50,313 nt of DNA, from assembly GCA_043801585.1 (NCBI GenBank), contig JAZDLX010000076.1:1-50313 (forward strand), read 5' to 3'. The stretch comes from a bacterium. GTDB lineage: Bacteria; Electryoneota; Electryoneia; Electryoneales; Electryoneaceae. The notes beneath the pieces were generated by a model. The model saw only the letters and a list, made by a program, of their open reading frames with translations. It was not told the origin of the DNA and did no database searches. Made by a program: the position numbers and the translations under genes. Positions 29,045-39,121 of the stretch are shown piece after piece (the stretch's first letter is position 1; every line of letters starts with the position of its first letter).

Positions 29045-29755
29045 TCAGATCATCACCAGCAGCCGCTCCACGGCATCCGCCTGCTGGTCCACGGAAAGCC
29101 GTGCCGTGTTCAGGGTAATGTCGTAGTGTTCGGGGTCATTGGGATTGACGCCTGTGTATTTGCGGACGTAGCTCTCCCGGTCACGGTCGAGTCGAAGAAG
29201 GGTGTCCATGGTCACATTTTCAGCGCGATTCGGCCACTCTCTTTCGAGTGCTGACAACCGCCATTCAGGCGGTGCGATCAGGCGAATGTGCAGTCCTCCG
29301 GGCAGATCCCTCGTGAGCTGGGCGCTTCCCCGTCCGATCAGGATCGCCCGGCCGTGCAGGGCGAGTCCCCGCACCGCTTTCGCCAGTCCCTTGAAGACGC
29401 TCCATTCGCTTGGCCTTCCGCTGATCAGGCTGACCACCCAGTCTTCAAGCTCCCCGCGCCTCTTTTCGTTCAACGAATCCACAAGATCTGTTTCAATGGC
29501 CTGGTTGGCAGTGATCCACTCCAGCAACTTTTTATCGTAGATCACATAGTCGTCGCTGCCGAGTCGCTGGTTCAGCCTGCGTGCAATCTCTTCGGCAAAC
29601 GTCCAGGCGGGACAACCATACTGGCGTGAAATCGTGATAAACGGCATCGCTGCATCGGCGGTGCGGGGGCGGTCGATGAACTGGTGGCGTCTCCAGCGTT
29701 CAGCCTGAACGTGTATCCGCGCATCGATAGACGGGAGTAAGTCAAAGCGGTCCAT
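29045..29755 (-). CDS. Cytidylate kinase-like family protein (Cytidylate_kin2)
   Basis: ITISRQYGC, ILIGRGS, HIRLIAP, DRDRESYV, YDITLNT. Confidence 0.88.
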   Translation of the reverse strand: MDRFDLLPSIDARIHVQAERWRRHQFIDRPRTADAAMPFITISRQYGCPAWTFAEEIARRLNQRLGSDDYVIYDKKLLEWITANQAIETDLVDSLNEKRRGELEDWVVSLISGRPSEWSVFKGLAKAVRGLALHGRAILIGRGSAQLTRDLPGGLHIRLIAPPEWRLSALEREWPNRAENVTMDTLLRLDRDRESYVRKYTGVNPNDPEHYDITLNTARLSVDQQADAVERLLVMI

Positions 29756-30106
29756 GGTCAGCCTCTGCAATTGAATAGCGGATTTTCACGAATACGTTAG
29801 TGGGGGATTGCCCCGCCGTCGCAGAGTATACGGCAGGAGGGGATACCATCCGTAGCGTACATATTCCGATCCCCCTCGCGAAAGGGGGAGAGGCCACAGA
29901 GTGCACGTTTTCTTGGCGGGCTCCTGCTCCTATCTTACCGCGTCCGGGTTGGAGCGTCAGAAGGGAGAGGCGAAGCTGAATCTCCCGCTGTGCCGTTTCC
30001 GGAGTTTGCACCGGAGCATCGTTGAAAATACGCGTGTTGAGAATGTGATGGTTGACACAACAAGCATAGCGTGCCACCAGGCGTAGTTGATCGGAGGGAG
30101 TTCCCG

Positions 30107-30973
30107 ATGATTGCATGGTTCAACGGAGAGTACCTGCCCCGTGAGGACATCCACATCTCTCCCAATGATCGTGGATTTCTATTTGGGGACGCACTTTACG
30201 ACGTTATCCGCGCTTATGATGGACATCTCCTGCGAATCAGGGAGCATATCGCACGCCTTGAGGAGGGAGCACGAGCCGTCAATTTCCCACGCACTGATTT
30301 TTCTGAACTTCCTGGAGTTGCGCAGGAACTGATCCACTGGAACAAACTCGAAAAAGGGTCCGCGACGGTTTATATCCAGGTGACGCGTGGTGTTGCTCCG
30401 CGGGAACATGCGTTCCCACCACCCGAAACCCCAATGACCCTTTATGTGGCTACGGATCCGGTGGAATCGGACCACGAGGCGCAGGAGAAGGGGATTCACA
30501 CGATCACGATACCCGATGCGCGCTGGATCCGCAGGGATATCAAATCGACAAACCGGCTGGCGAACGTCCTCGCGAACCAGCAGGCACGTGAAGCCGGAGC
30601 CAAAGAGGCGCTATTCGTTCAGGATGAGACACTCCTGGAGGGCACACACAGCAGCTTCTTTGCGGTTGTCGATGGTGTATTGTGCACCCATCCCAGCAGC
30701 GAACGCGTGCTTCCGGGAACAACCGCCCGAATCATCCTGGACGACCTCTGTCCTGCGTTGGGCATACCTTGTAAGGAACGCCCCATTCGTCTTGACGAAC
30801 TGCCGAAGATAAGCGATGCGCTGGTAGCTGGGACGATTACGGAAATCACTCCGGTGGTTCGAATTGACGACCGGATGATCGGAGACGGGTCCCCGGGACC
30901 CATCACAAGACGTCTCCAGACGTCATTTCGCGAGTTTATCAGCAACCTTTCTCGGGAGGGAGCGGACCGCTGA
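30107..30973 (+). CDS. dat: D-amino-acid aminotransferase (class IV PLP enzyme)
   Basis: DRGFLFGDALY, YIQVTRG..PREH.FP, RW..RDIKST, EGTHSS, LPGTT, PGPITRRL. Confidence 0.88.
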   Translation: MIAWFNGEYLPREDIHISPNDRGFLFGDALYDVIRAYDGHLLRIREHIARLEEGARAVNFPRTDFSELPGVAQELIHWNKLEKGSATVYIQVTRGVAPREHAFPPPETPMTLYVATDPVESDHEAQEKGIHTITIPDARWIRRDIKSTNRLANVLANQQAREAGAKEALFVQDETLLEGTHSSFFAVVDGVLCTHPSSERVLPGTTARIILDDLCPALGIPCKERPIRLDELPKISDALVAGTITEITPVVRIDDRMIGDGSPGPITRRLQTSFREFISNLSREGADR

Positions 30974-31049
30974 TGAGCATTTCATCGCTTGAACCTCCCC
31001 TGCCCTACCCATAGATTCCACGAGTGTTCAAGGATCATGGAGAAATTGG

Positions 31050-31994
31050 ATGCCCTCATTTTCGCAGCGCATCGGCAAAACACCAATAGAACTTGACCTT
31101 CAGGTTGAAGGGGTGGACGATGCTCTCCGTGTCGCGATCTGGAACGCCATTTGGCGGACGCTGATCGATGACCCCTGGGCGAAACCGAAACCGACCCTGC
31201 GCGAAGAGGTGCTCGATGACATCTGGGAGCATTTCTACCGCAGGCCCTCTGACGAAACGCCACGTGATCCGCATGAAATTCTTGCGCGGCTTAAAGAGTG
31301 GCTTGCTGAATGCGAATGGTACCGTGCTTACGATCTGCTCGAATTCCTCCATTCGGTGCTGCCTCCCACGGAAACCGGCGGGTACGAGCTTGCAGTCAAC
31401 CGTGGCCTTGAGGCGGAGCGCTCAGCCTATCGCCTGATGCGTGGTTCGATCCTTCCGGTGACTGATGCGGTTGAAGTCCGGGAGGTCACTCAGGCGACCG
31501 AAGAAATCGTCGAGCGGGGAATTGGTCCGGCGCGGGATCATATGAACACTGCCATCGCCGAGCTGGGTAAGCGTCGCGGTGCGGATTACGAGAAGGTTGT
31601 CCGCGAGGCGACGGCGGCAGTCCAGTCGGTGGCACGCTGGACGGCTCGAAAGGACGTTGCCACGCTTCAGGAAGCGTTCACGGCCCTGGACGAGGAAGGG
31701 CGGTTGCCGACAACCTTCAAGCAGGGGTTGGGCGCACTCTTCGACACAGAAGGCGCCCAGGGTTCCGGTCATCCTTTCCAGCAGGCAGGGAGCGAGGTCG
31801 GCCTGAAAGAGGCGCGATTCACCGTGGTCACAGCGTCCGCTGTGATCAACTACCTTCTCTCGATCGCGAAGGTCGAGCTTATCGAAGAGGATCAAGCGGA
31901 TTCATCTCAAAAACAGATTCCTACCGCCGAATCCGATCCAAAAGCGCTGCCGCCAGGACGCAGCGATTCACCCAAGCCACGCAAATCCAAGTAA
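31050..31994 (+). CDS. AbiJ N-terminal-domain-like protein with degenerate HEPN-like C-terminus
   Basis: FSQRIG..LRVAIWN..W..YDLLEF..N..LE.E.SAYR..PVTD..E and DY...REA..AV.S pattern typical of AbiJ-NTD4/HEPN proteins. Confidence 0.7.
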   Translation: MPSFSQRIGKTPIELDLQVEGVDDALRVAIWNAIWRTLIDDPWAKPKPTLREEVLDDIWEHFYRRPSDETPRDPHEILARLKEWLAECEWYRAYDLLEFLHSVLPPTETGGYELAVNRGLEAERSAYRLMRGSILPVTDAVEVREVTQATEEIVERGIGPARDHMNTAIAELGKRRGADYEKVVREATAAVQSVARWTARKDVATLQEAFTALDEEGRLPTTFKQGLGALFDTEGAQGSGHPFQQAGSEVGLKEARFTVVTASAVINYLLSIAKVELIEEDQADSSQKQIPTAESDPKALPPGRSDSPKPRKSK

Positions 31995-32110
31995 TACAAT
32001 ACCTTTAGGGCGAGTCACCCGACACCACAGATGTTGCATGAGGTCACCTCCCCTATGTACGGTTCGTCATCCGTCTGGGACGACGGAACCAGCCGCTGTG
32101 TGGAGGAACG

Positions 32111-32718
32111 ATGGTTCGCGAGACCCTGCTGCTGCTTGTGATGCTGAACCCCTTTGCGACGATGCTTTACTTGACGAACCTGATGCAGGAGCGTTCGAGG
32201 AGGGAATTCTCCGGCATTTACCTGCGGGCGAGCCTGTTTACACTGATCATCCTTTGGGTTTTCGCGATCACCTGCACGTTCATCCTGGACACTCTCTTTC
32301 AGGTCTCACTTCCCGCGGTGAGGATCTTCGGGGGCATCACCATTTTCATGTCCGCCTGCACATACATCATGCACGGTCCCGAGGGAATCAAGCTGTTTAA
32401 GGGCGACATCACGACCATCGCCCAGCACATCGTATTGCCGTTCCTCGTCGGACCCGGAGCCCTCTGGGTCTCTCGATCAGCCTTGGAGAGAAGTTTGGTC
32501 CCTCGTGGAGCCTGCTGGCGATCGTCATCGCCGTCCTGACGAACGGAATCGCCGTGTTTATTTACCACGAAATGATCAAGCGATCCACGGGCCATATCCG
32601 GCTTGCGCGCATTGTCAGCTACTTCCAGATGCTGATGCGCCTGAATGCACTGCTGATCGGCTCGGTGGCGGTGCAGATGGTCCTCTCCGGCATCCGGGAG
32701 TTCACGGCACTGGGGTGA
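32111..32718 (+). pseudogene. marC: MarC-family membrane protein with a 2-bp frameshift at 32469-32474
   Basis: LNPF, IFGG, PFLVGPG motifs; deleting one TC from GTCTCTCG restores ...WVSISLGEKF...MRLNALLIGSVAVQMVLSGI..., stop at 32716-32718. Confidence 0.8.
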
Positions 32719-32789
32719 GGGCGGGAGTGTTTCGAACGGAGAGCACAACGTGGATGGCGATACCCTGAGAGCACATGGAGGCTTCCAAC

Positions 32790-33209
32790 ATGAAAAGTTA
32801 CCGTGAGGAGTTCTGGTTCAACGTTCCTTCACGACGGGCGTTCATCAACATCACGTCCCAGGTGGAGGAGGCGCTGCGCAAGAGTGGTATCCGCGAAGGG
32901 TTTGTACTGGTCAACGCCATGCACATCACCGCCTCGGTCTTCATCAACGACAACGAGAGCGGCCTGCACCACGACTATGAGGTGTGGCTGGAGAAACTGG
33001 CGCCGCACGAACCCATCCGGCAGTACCGCCACAACGACACCGGCGAGGACAACGCCGACGCCCATCTGAAACGACAGGTGATGGGCCGCGAGGTGGTGGT
33101 TGCGATCACCGACGGCAGTCTGGATTTCGGACCCTGGGAGCAGATCTTCTATGGTGAATTTGACGGCCGTCGCCGCAAGCGTGCCCTCGTCAAGATCATC
33201 GGGGAGTAG
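32790..33209 (+). CDS. yjbQ: YjbQ / UPF0047 secondary thiamine-phosphate synthase family
   Basis: [41 protein letters not shown]. Confidence 0.93.
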   Translation: MKSYREEFWFNVPSRRAFINITSQVEEALRKSGIREGFVLVNAMHITASVFINDNESGLHHDYEVWLEKLAPHEPIRQYRHNDTGEDNADAHLKRQVMGREVVVAITDGSLDFGPWEQIFYGEFDGRRRKRALVKIIGE

Positions 33210-33249
33210 GCTCGATCAGGTCAGCGGCAGTTCACTGAAGGATGGGACC

Positions 33250-33585
33250 ATGCATGAGTGGGTAAAAGAGTTTTCGGGTGCGGTGACGGTGACTGACCGC
33301 GAGGGGATCATCCTCGAGATGAACGACAAGGCGGTGAAAACATTCGAGGCCGATGGTGGTGCGAAACTGATCGGAACCAATGTTCTCGACTGCCACTCGG
33401 AGTCCTCGCGGACCCTGCTCGCCTCACTGATGCAGGAGGAGCAGCAGCGCATCTACACCATCGAGAAGAACGGCATCCACAAGCTGATCTACCAGACCCC
33501 CTGGTACCGGGATGGCGAGTATGCCGGTTTCGTTGAGCTGTCACTGGAGATCCCGGCGAAGATGACGCACCACATCAGGAGCTGA
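33250..33585 (+). CDS. Stand-alone PAS-domain protein
   Basis: AVTVTDREGIILEMN, LIGTNVLDCH, DGEYAGFVE; 111 aa. Confidence 0.85.
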   Translation: MHEWVKEFSGAVTVTDREGIILEMNDKAVKTFEADGGAKLIGTNVLDCHSESSRTLLASLMQEEQQRIYTIEKNGIHKLIYQTPWYRDGEYAGFVELSLEIPAKMTHHIRS

Positions 33586-33607
33586 TGACTTTTCGTCGTG
33601 ACGGATT

Positions 33608-33748
33608 CTATTCGGAAGGAGGAGTCTTTCGAGTTTGCTTCGGGGCCTGCATCTTCGCCCGGCCACACTTTGGGCATACCCATTTTCGCTTTTTGTGATA
33701 CGACCGCTTTTGCTCGACCATCTTGATGTGGCAGCGTGGACAGGTCAC
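33608..33748 (-). CDS. 46-aa zinc-ribbon microprotein (not in the ORF track)
   Basis: MTCPRCHIKMVEQKRSYHKKRKWVCPKCGRAKMQAPKQTRKTPPSE; CPRC and CPKC pairs; GGGAG RBS upstream of GTG. Confidence 0.75.
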   Translation of the reverse strand: MTCPRCHIKMVEQKRSYHKKRKWVCPKCGRAKMQAPKQTRKTPPSE

Positions 33749-33851
33749 GTTTCACTCCCTACTCGCGCAGGCAACAGTGTCATGTTTTCTTCCGGCTTCT
33801 CCTGCGTCCCGTAAGATTCCCCTTCGCTGATCTCTCTGGCAAGAGCGCCGC

Positions 33852-34649
33852 TTATTGTTTCGGTTCCATTTGAACGGGAATTCCCCACTCAGCCAGCAGT
33901 CTTTGCATCCTCAACGTGTGGGTTCCCTCCCAGTAGAGTTGGCCGCAACGTTCGCAGATGCGGTAGCGGGTTGGATTCGCGCCGTGGCGGCGGAAGACTC
34001 GAGGGGGAATACGATCACGGATGGTGTCAATGTCGACGCTGGAAAGACTTCCGTTGCATCTGAGACAGCGGGAAAACGGAGTGGATCGAGTCTGGAGATG
34101 GAAGCGCTGAATGATTTCCCGGGTCTGCTCGACGCTGTTCCGGCTTCGCAACAGCCGTCCATGACGGACGTGATTCCGCATCAGCAATCCCCGATCGCAT
34201 GTGAGCAGGATCCGAGCTTCATCGTGAGCCTGCGCGGCGAGACGGTCGTCTCCCGGATCGTTGGAATCGTAAAGCGTGTCGAATCCGAGCAGGCGAAGGT
34301 AGGAGGCGAGCCTGCCGAGGTGAACGTCCAGAAGAAAACGAAGTGGATGCGGATCAGGATCGTCCACTCTCCATTCTCGCGGTACCCTCTCGACATCCGT
34401 AACTCCCCAGACGTCGATGATTTCATTCTGCTCGAGCAAAGGATTCCAACCGCAGGGCATTCCTCCAACTGCTAGCAATCCCACCTCGACGTGTGGCACT
34501 CCCTGAGATTCCACAGCGTCTTTAATTGAGGACCGCAGCGAAATCGTGGCAACATACTCCCCTTTCCGCCGGGAACGATCAAGCAATTCGATCAGATCGC
34601 CGTGAAAACGGAATGTGGCCAGGATGCTATTGTTGATGTTGCGAGCCAT
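33852..34649 (-). CDS. Mut7-C RNase (PIN-like) with N-terminal ubiquitin-like domain
   Basis: SIKDAVES.GVPH.EV Ub-Mut7C part; FLLDVHLGRLASYLRLLGFD; LLTCDR; CLRC/CERC zinc ribbon; YWEGTH. Confidence 0.9.
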   Translation of the reverse strand: MARNINNSILATFRFHGDLIELLDRSRRKGEYVATISLRSSIKDAVESQGVPHVEVGLLAVGGMPCGWNPLLEQNEIIDVWGVTDVERVPREWRVDDPDPHPLRFLLDVHLGRLASYLRLLGFDTLYDSNDPGDDRLAAQAHDEARILLTCDRGLLMRNHVRHGRLLRSRNSVEQTREIIQRFHLQTRSTPFSRCLRCNGSLSSVDIDTIRDRIPPRVFRRHGANPTRYRICERCGQLYWEGTHTLRMQRLLAEWGIPVQMEPKQ

Positions 34650-34776
34650 GACTTAAGGTGGCGAGACACGGAAGTGTTTGTCCAGATGTTCTGTCGAGGA
34701 TTCCGTTGCCCGCCATCCGTACCCTCCGTACTTTTCTGAAGTGCCCTCCCCGGCCGAAAGAGGGGAGGGCTCTGTT

Positions 34777-35136
34777 ATGAGTGGAAATCCCGGAAGTATC
34801 TGCCACCTCGAGGTCTTCGCAATCGACCTGAACGAAAGCGCAAAGTTCTACGGTGATCTGTTCGGCTGGACCACGGACCCGCATGACGCCGGATATCTCT
34901 TCTGGGAAGATACCGAAGGCATGACCGGCGGATTCACCACGGCAGGGTCGCCGGTAACAAACCCGGCGGCTACGTTCTACATTCGTGTGAAAGACATTAT
35001 GCACGCATTGGCGAATGTGCAGCAGGCGGGAGGCGTGGTCATCCGTGAGAAAACCGAAATCGGCGGTGACAACGGCTACTACGCTCTCTTTCGTGATCCA
35101 GCGGGGAACAACGTCGGTCTCTTCTGCAGGAAGTAG
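34777..35136 (+). CDS. VOC / glyoxalase-like protein
   Basis: ICHLEV..D...SAKFYGDLFGW, GG.V...KTEI, ALFRDPAGN.VGL. Confidence 0.9.
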   Translation: MSGNPGSICHLEVFAIDLNESAKFYGDLFGWTTDPHDAGYLFWEDTEGMTGGFTTAGSPVTNPAATFYIRVKDIMHALANVQQAGGVVIREKTEIGGDNGYYALFRDPAGNNVGLFCRK

Positions 35137-35205
35137 AGGGGTTCCCGAAGCGTTGATGGTCCATCACTTATTGGAATGGCCTCTGTGCGGACCAGTCCAT
35201 TGGAT

Positions 35206-36153
35206 TCAGCCTGACAGACGTTCGACCGTGGCTTCGTACTCCGCGACGAGGCGCTGGACGAGTTGATCAGCGGTCGGAATGTCCCGAATCAACCCGACGC
35301 CTTGACCCGCCTCCACCTGACCCTCGGCGAGATCCCCTTCAAAGATGCCGCGCCGCTCGCGTTTGCTCCCGAGTAGTTCACGCAGCTCCTCGGCGGACGC
35401 CCCCCGAGCCTCCGCCTCGGCAATGCGGGCCGTCCACTCGTTTCGGATCATCCGCGCCGGTCCGATTTTGGAAAGCAGCAGGGTCGTGGAGGTGTCGCCG
35501 GACTCGACCACCGCTTGCTTGTAATGATCATGAGCGGAGGATTCCACCGTGGCGGCAAAGCGGGTTCCCATCTGCACGCCCGCCGCTCCAAGCGCCAGTG
35601 CCGCCGCGATTCCCCGTCCGTCCGTAATTCCTCCCGCAGCGATCACCGGGATGTCAACCGCATCGACAACCTGTGGGATCAACGCAAACGTTGTCACCTC
35701 GTCGACGCCGTTGTGGCCGCCAGCTTCGAATCCCTCGGCAACGACAGCGTCGCATCCCGCCTCTTCCACCTTCTTTGCGAATATCACCGTGGGGACGACA
35801 TGGACGACACGGCAATCCTTCTCCTTCAACATGGACGTGTATTTCTTCGGACTCCCCGCCGAAGTGAAAAAGATTGTAACCCCTTCTTCCAGAGACGTTT
35901 GCACAAGTTCATCGGCGTCGCCTCGAAGCAGCGGGATGTTCACGCCGAACGGTCTGGCGGTCAACGACCGGGTTTTGCGGATCTGCTCACGAAGCAGGTC
36001 AGGCTTCATCGAGCCCGAACCGATCAGGCCGAGCCCTCCGGCGTTGGATACAGCGGCGGCGAGCTTCGCCCCGGCAGCCCAGACCATCCCGGCTTGAACG
36101 ATGGGAACGTCAGTTTGGAATAACTCGATCAATCGCCGATCTGTGAATGGCAT
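35206..36153 (-). CDS. FabK / nitronate monooxygenase family flavin oxidoreductase
   Basis: PIVQAGMVW, SNAGGLG, EGFEAGGHNG, AAGGI.DGRG, QMGTRF. Confidence 0.9.
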   Translation of the reverse strand: MPFTDRRLIELFQTDVPIVQAGMVWAAGAKLAAAVSNAGGLGLIGSGSMKPDLLREQIRKTRSLTARPFGVNIPLLRGDADELVQTSLEEGVTIFFTSAGSPKKYTSMLKEKDCRVVHVVPTVIFAKKVEEAGCDAVVAEGFEAGGHNGVDEVTTFALIPQVVDAVDIPVIAAGGITDGRGIAAALALGAAGVQMGTRFAATVESSAHDHYKQAVVESGDTSTTLLLSKIGPARMIRNEWTARIAEAEARGASAEELRELLGSKRERRGIFEGDLAEGQVEAGQGVGLIRDIPTADQLVQRLVAEYEATVERLSG

Positions 36154-36287
36154 CTGATTTCCATCGTATGGGATGAAGGTCGAAGAACACGTTTTCGCAC
36201 ACGAAGGGTATGCGCCTCTTTCATGTTCCAGTCACAGGAAGATGAACAGGTGAGGAGAGCGGCGCAAGTTGAAGGAAAAATCACGAG

Positions 36288-37841
36288 TCACCTGGGGGTG
36301 TTGATCAGCGTGTTTTGAAAAGAAGGTCCAGCGGGGAGGGGAGTGGGAATATGATCTTGGTACTCGATGGTAATCCATCCGAGAAAGATCTTGAATTTCG
36401 CCATCATCGGCCAAACTACGGGCGAGAGGGAATACCACCCCTGATATTCGCCGGTCAACCCTGCGATCCCCGCGTAATGCATGATTCCGGCGAGTTTCAC
36501 CTGGGGCCGAAGCTGCCCGTTTAATTTCACCGTGCCGTCCCGACCAAGGTTTTGAATGATCGTTTTCTCGAACCCGCCCGAAAGCTCGACCGTGCAGTCG
36601 CCGCCTTTCCCTACCATGATAAGTTGCTGTGCGTACCAGAGCTGGCTGGTGGCGTCGTAGACGTTGGGAGGCAGCGGATGCGGTTGGATCATCCAAAGGC
36701 CGTTGCCGAAGACGATCCTCGATTCGAATATTCCGTTTTCGTAGTCGGATTCGTAAACCTTCACCGCCTTGTATCCCATCTCGTGATAGTGCATCTCGAG
36801 GCGGATGGTGTAGCGAAGCTGCCGGTCAACGTAGGCGTAGAACGTATCCGCAATGGTGACGAAGGGGAGCGCCGGGGCCGAGCGGGCGACGTAACGGGCA
36901 CGCCAGCAGGGTATTCCCTTGTATTCTCCTTCAAGAAGATCGATGCGAAGGTCACCGATTCCGATGAATCCGTAACGCACTTTGAACTGCAGTTCGGTGT
37001 TGATTGGAAGTGATTCTTGCGGGTCTTCCGGAGCGCCGTTCGGTCCGAAGGGGTGAAGGTCGTAGGTTCCGGTTGTATGCCAGTTGGTGCCGGGATCCGC
37101 TTTGCGTAAATCGGCGACGATCTCCTTGAGATTGGGGCCCTTGGGGTAAAGTAACAGGTACTCCTTTCCGAAAACGATCACCGAATCGGCGCGGTTTCCG
37201 CCCTGATGAATGCGGATCATTTCGATCAGAATCTGCTCATAGGGGAATTTCGCATACCCTTCGTGCAGAATTTGCAGTGCCGAGAGGGTATCGCTCATTT
37301 CCAGGCAGGTCTTCGCGACTTCGGTGTAGGCGTAGACATAGGTCCGGTCCCGGCCAAAGGTCTTCCGCATCGCTGTCAACGCTTCGTCATACCGTTTCTG
37401 CAACCTCAGGTTGTGACCGAGCGCAACGGACGATTCGTAATACCCCTTGTCCCTGTCAACGGCCTCGCGAAGGTAACCTTCTCCCTCGACGAGAGAGCCC
37501 GATTCCGTAAGCGCCTGGCCGAGTGCCCAGGAAACCCGGAATCGTTCATCGCTGACCTGATACGCTCGCCGGAACCAGCCCAATCCCGTTCCTTGTCCGG
37601 CGGCGCGGGCGATGACGCCCCGGTTGTACAGGTTGACAGCCGTTTGACCGCCGGGTGAGGAAATCCACCTTTCGAGAGTATCGCGGGCTGCATCGTATTG
37701 CCCGTTCAGGAAGAGTGTATCGGCCAAGGTGAGAGTCATCGTGCCATCACCGGTTGATTCCACGCGGGAAAACTGCGCCGAGGCGGGAGACCCGACGAGC
37801 AGGACGATCAGCAACAGCAACAACCGGCGCAAGAGGATCAT
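36288..37841 (-). CDS. Exported TPR protein with C-terminal DUF3108-like domain
   Basis: Signal peptide (ASA-Q), TPR-like helical repeats, then ELQFKVRYGFIGIG.L.. beta-rich domain resembling DUF3108; ATGA overlap with dctM. Confidence 0.7.
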   Translation of the reverse strand: MILLRRLLLLLIVLLVGSPASAQFSRVESTGDGTMTLTLADTLFLNGQYDAARDTLERWISSPGGQTAVNLYNRGVIARAAGQGTGLGWFRRAYQVSDERFRVSWALGQALTESGSLVEGEGYLREAVDRDKGYYESSVALGHNLRLQKRYDEALTAMRKTFGRDRTYVYAYTEVAKTCLEMSDTLSALQILHEGYAKFPYEQILIEMIRIHQGGNRADSVIVFGKEYLLLYPKGPNLKEIVADLRKADPGTNWHTTGTYDLHPFGPNGAPEDPQESLPINTELQFKVRYGFIGIGDLRIDLLEGEYKGIPCWRARYVARSAPALPFVTIADTFYAYVDRQLRYTIRLEMHYHEMGYKAVKVYESDYENGIFESRIVFGNGLWMIQPHPLPPNVYDATSQLWYAQQLIMVGKGGDCTVELSGGFEKTIIQNLGRDGTVKLNGQLRPQVKLAGIMHYAGIAGLTGEYQGWYSLSPVVWPMMAKFKIFLGWITIEYQDHIPTPLPAGPSFQNTLINTPR

Positions 37842-39121
37842 GGAGACGTCCCAAAGATCAATCGAACAAGCCAAAGCGATAACCCTTCCCAGTAGGTGAT
37901 CACCAGCAGGGCGATCAGAAGAATCCCAAGGAAAGGAAGAGTCGCCCGGTAAAGGGAAAGTATCGGTTTACGAAACCGGAAGCTTGAGATGAAAAGGTTG
38001 AGCCCCACCGGGGGAGTGGAGTAGCCGATCTCGAGGTTCGTCAGGAAAATAATTCCAAGGTGGACCGGATTCACGCCGAACTCCCGGGCGATCGGAAGGA
38101 TCAGAGGCACGACAACGATAATCGCCGAGAAGATGTCCATCAGGGATCCGACGATCAGCAGGAAGATGTTCAATGCGATGAGGAATACCCACTTGCTTGT
38201 GATCGCTCCCTGGATGAACTCGAAAATCGCTCGGGGAACCTGGGCGTCGATCAGGTAATTCGTCAACCCGAGGGCACTGCCGAGAATCACCAGGATACCC
38301 CCGACGAGCACCATTGACTCACGGGCGATTCGTGGCAGGTCCCTGACCGGATGGATGTCACGGTGGATGAACACCTCGACGAGGACAAGGTAGGCTGATG
38401 TGATGCTTGCCGCTTCCGTGGCGGTGAAAAAACCGCCGTAAATCCCGACGAGAATAACAAGCGGAAGGGGCAGTTCCCACCCGGCTTCCTTCAACGCCGC
38501 CCAGGCCTCGCGGGCGCGGAAAGAAATGCGGGGAATCTTCTGACGATTGGCGGTGCGTCCCGCGTACAGCGACAGCGCCAGAATCAGCAATACTCCGGGG
38601 AGCATCCCGGCGGCGAAAAGTTGATCGACGCTGATCGAGGCAACCATGGCGAACAGGATGATCGGCAGACTCGGGGGAAAGAGCAGGCCGAGACTCCCGG
38701 AACTGGTCAACAGGCCCAACGAGAACCGCTGCGGATAGCCCTCCCGAATCAGCACGGGAAAGAGCAGTCCTCCGAGGGCGACAATGGTTACCCCAGAGGC
38801 GCCAGTAAACGCCGTGAAAAAACTGCAGACGAGCAGCGCTACGATCGCCAACCCTCCCGGCATCCATCCGAAAAAGGCGTGGCTGACACGGACGAGTCGC
38901 CGTGGAGCGCCGGATTCCGCGAGCAGGTAGCCCGCAAGAGTGAACAGGGGAATGGCGAGGAGCGTCGGCTGGCTCGCCATCCTGTACAGCTCGACGATCA
39001 CCGCGACGGGTTCAATGCCGGCAGAGATGAATGCCGTCATGGCGATCGCCGCGAGAACGGCGAAGAGAGGTGCACCCGCAACCGCCAGCAGAAGCGAGCC
39101 GAGGATCAGCAGCGTGGTCAT
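37838..39121 (-). CDS. dctM: TRAP transporter large permease
   Basis: LLAIPLFTLAG, FTGASG, GSLGLLFPPS, TATEAA, VHLGIIF..NLEIG..TPPVG. Confidence 0.95.
   Translation of the reverse strand: MTTLLILGSLLLAVAGAPLFAVLAAIAMTAFISAGIEPVAVIVELYRMASQPTLLAIPLFTLAGYLLAESGAPRRLVRVSHAFFGWMPGGLAIVALLVCSFFTAFTGASGVTIVALGGLLFPVLIREGYPQRFSLGLLTSSGSLGLLFPPSLPIILFAMVASISVDQLFAAGMLPGVLLILALSLYAGRTANRQKIPRISFRAREAWAALKEAGWELPLPLVILVGIYGGFFTATEAASITSAYLVLVEVFIHRDIHPVRDLPRIARESMVLVGGILVILGSALGLTNYLIDAQVPRAIFEFIQGAITSKWVFLIALNIFLLIVGSLMDIFSAIIVVVPLILPIAREFGVNPVHLGIIFLTNLEIGYSTPPVGLNLFISSFRFRKPILSLYRATLPFLGILLIALLVITYWEGLSLWLVRLIFGTSP

Noticed and set aside
29771..30106. Possible riboswitch between the cytidylate-kinase-like gene and dat
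   Set aside because: Only short GC hairpins; no conserved aptamer motif recognised
31050..34649. Defence island (AbiJ-like plus Mut7-C RNase)
   Set aside because: Interspersed with marC, yjbQ and PAS genes; no mobility genes or compositional shift; Ub-Mut7-C is a widespread chromosomal gene
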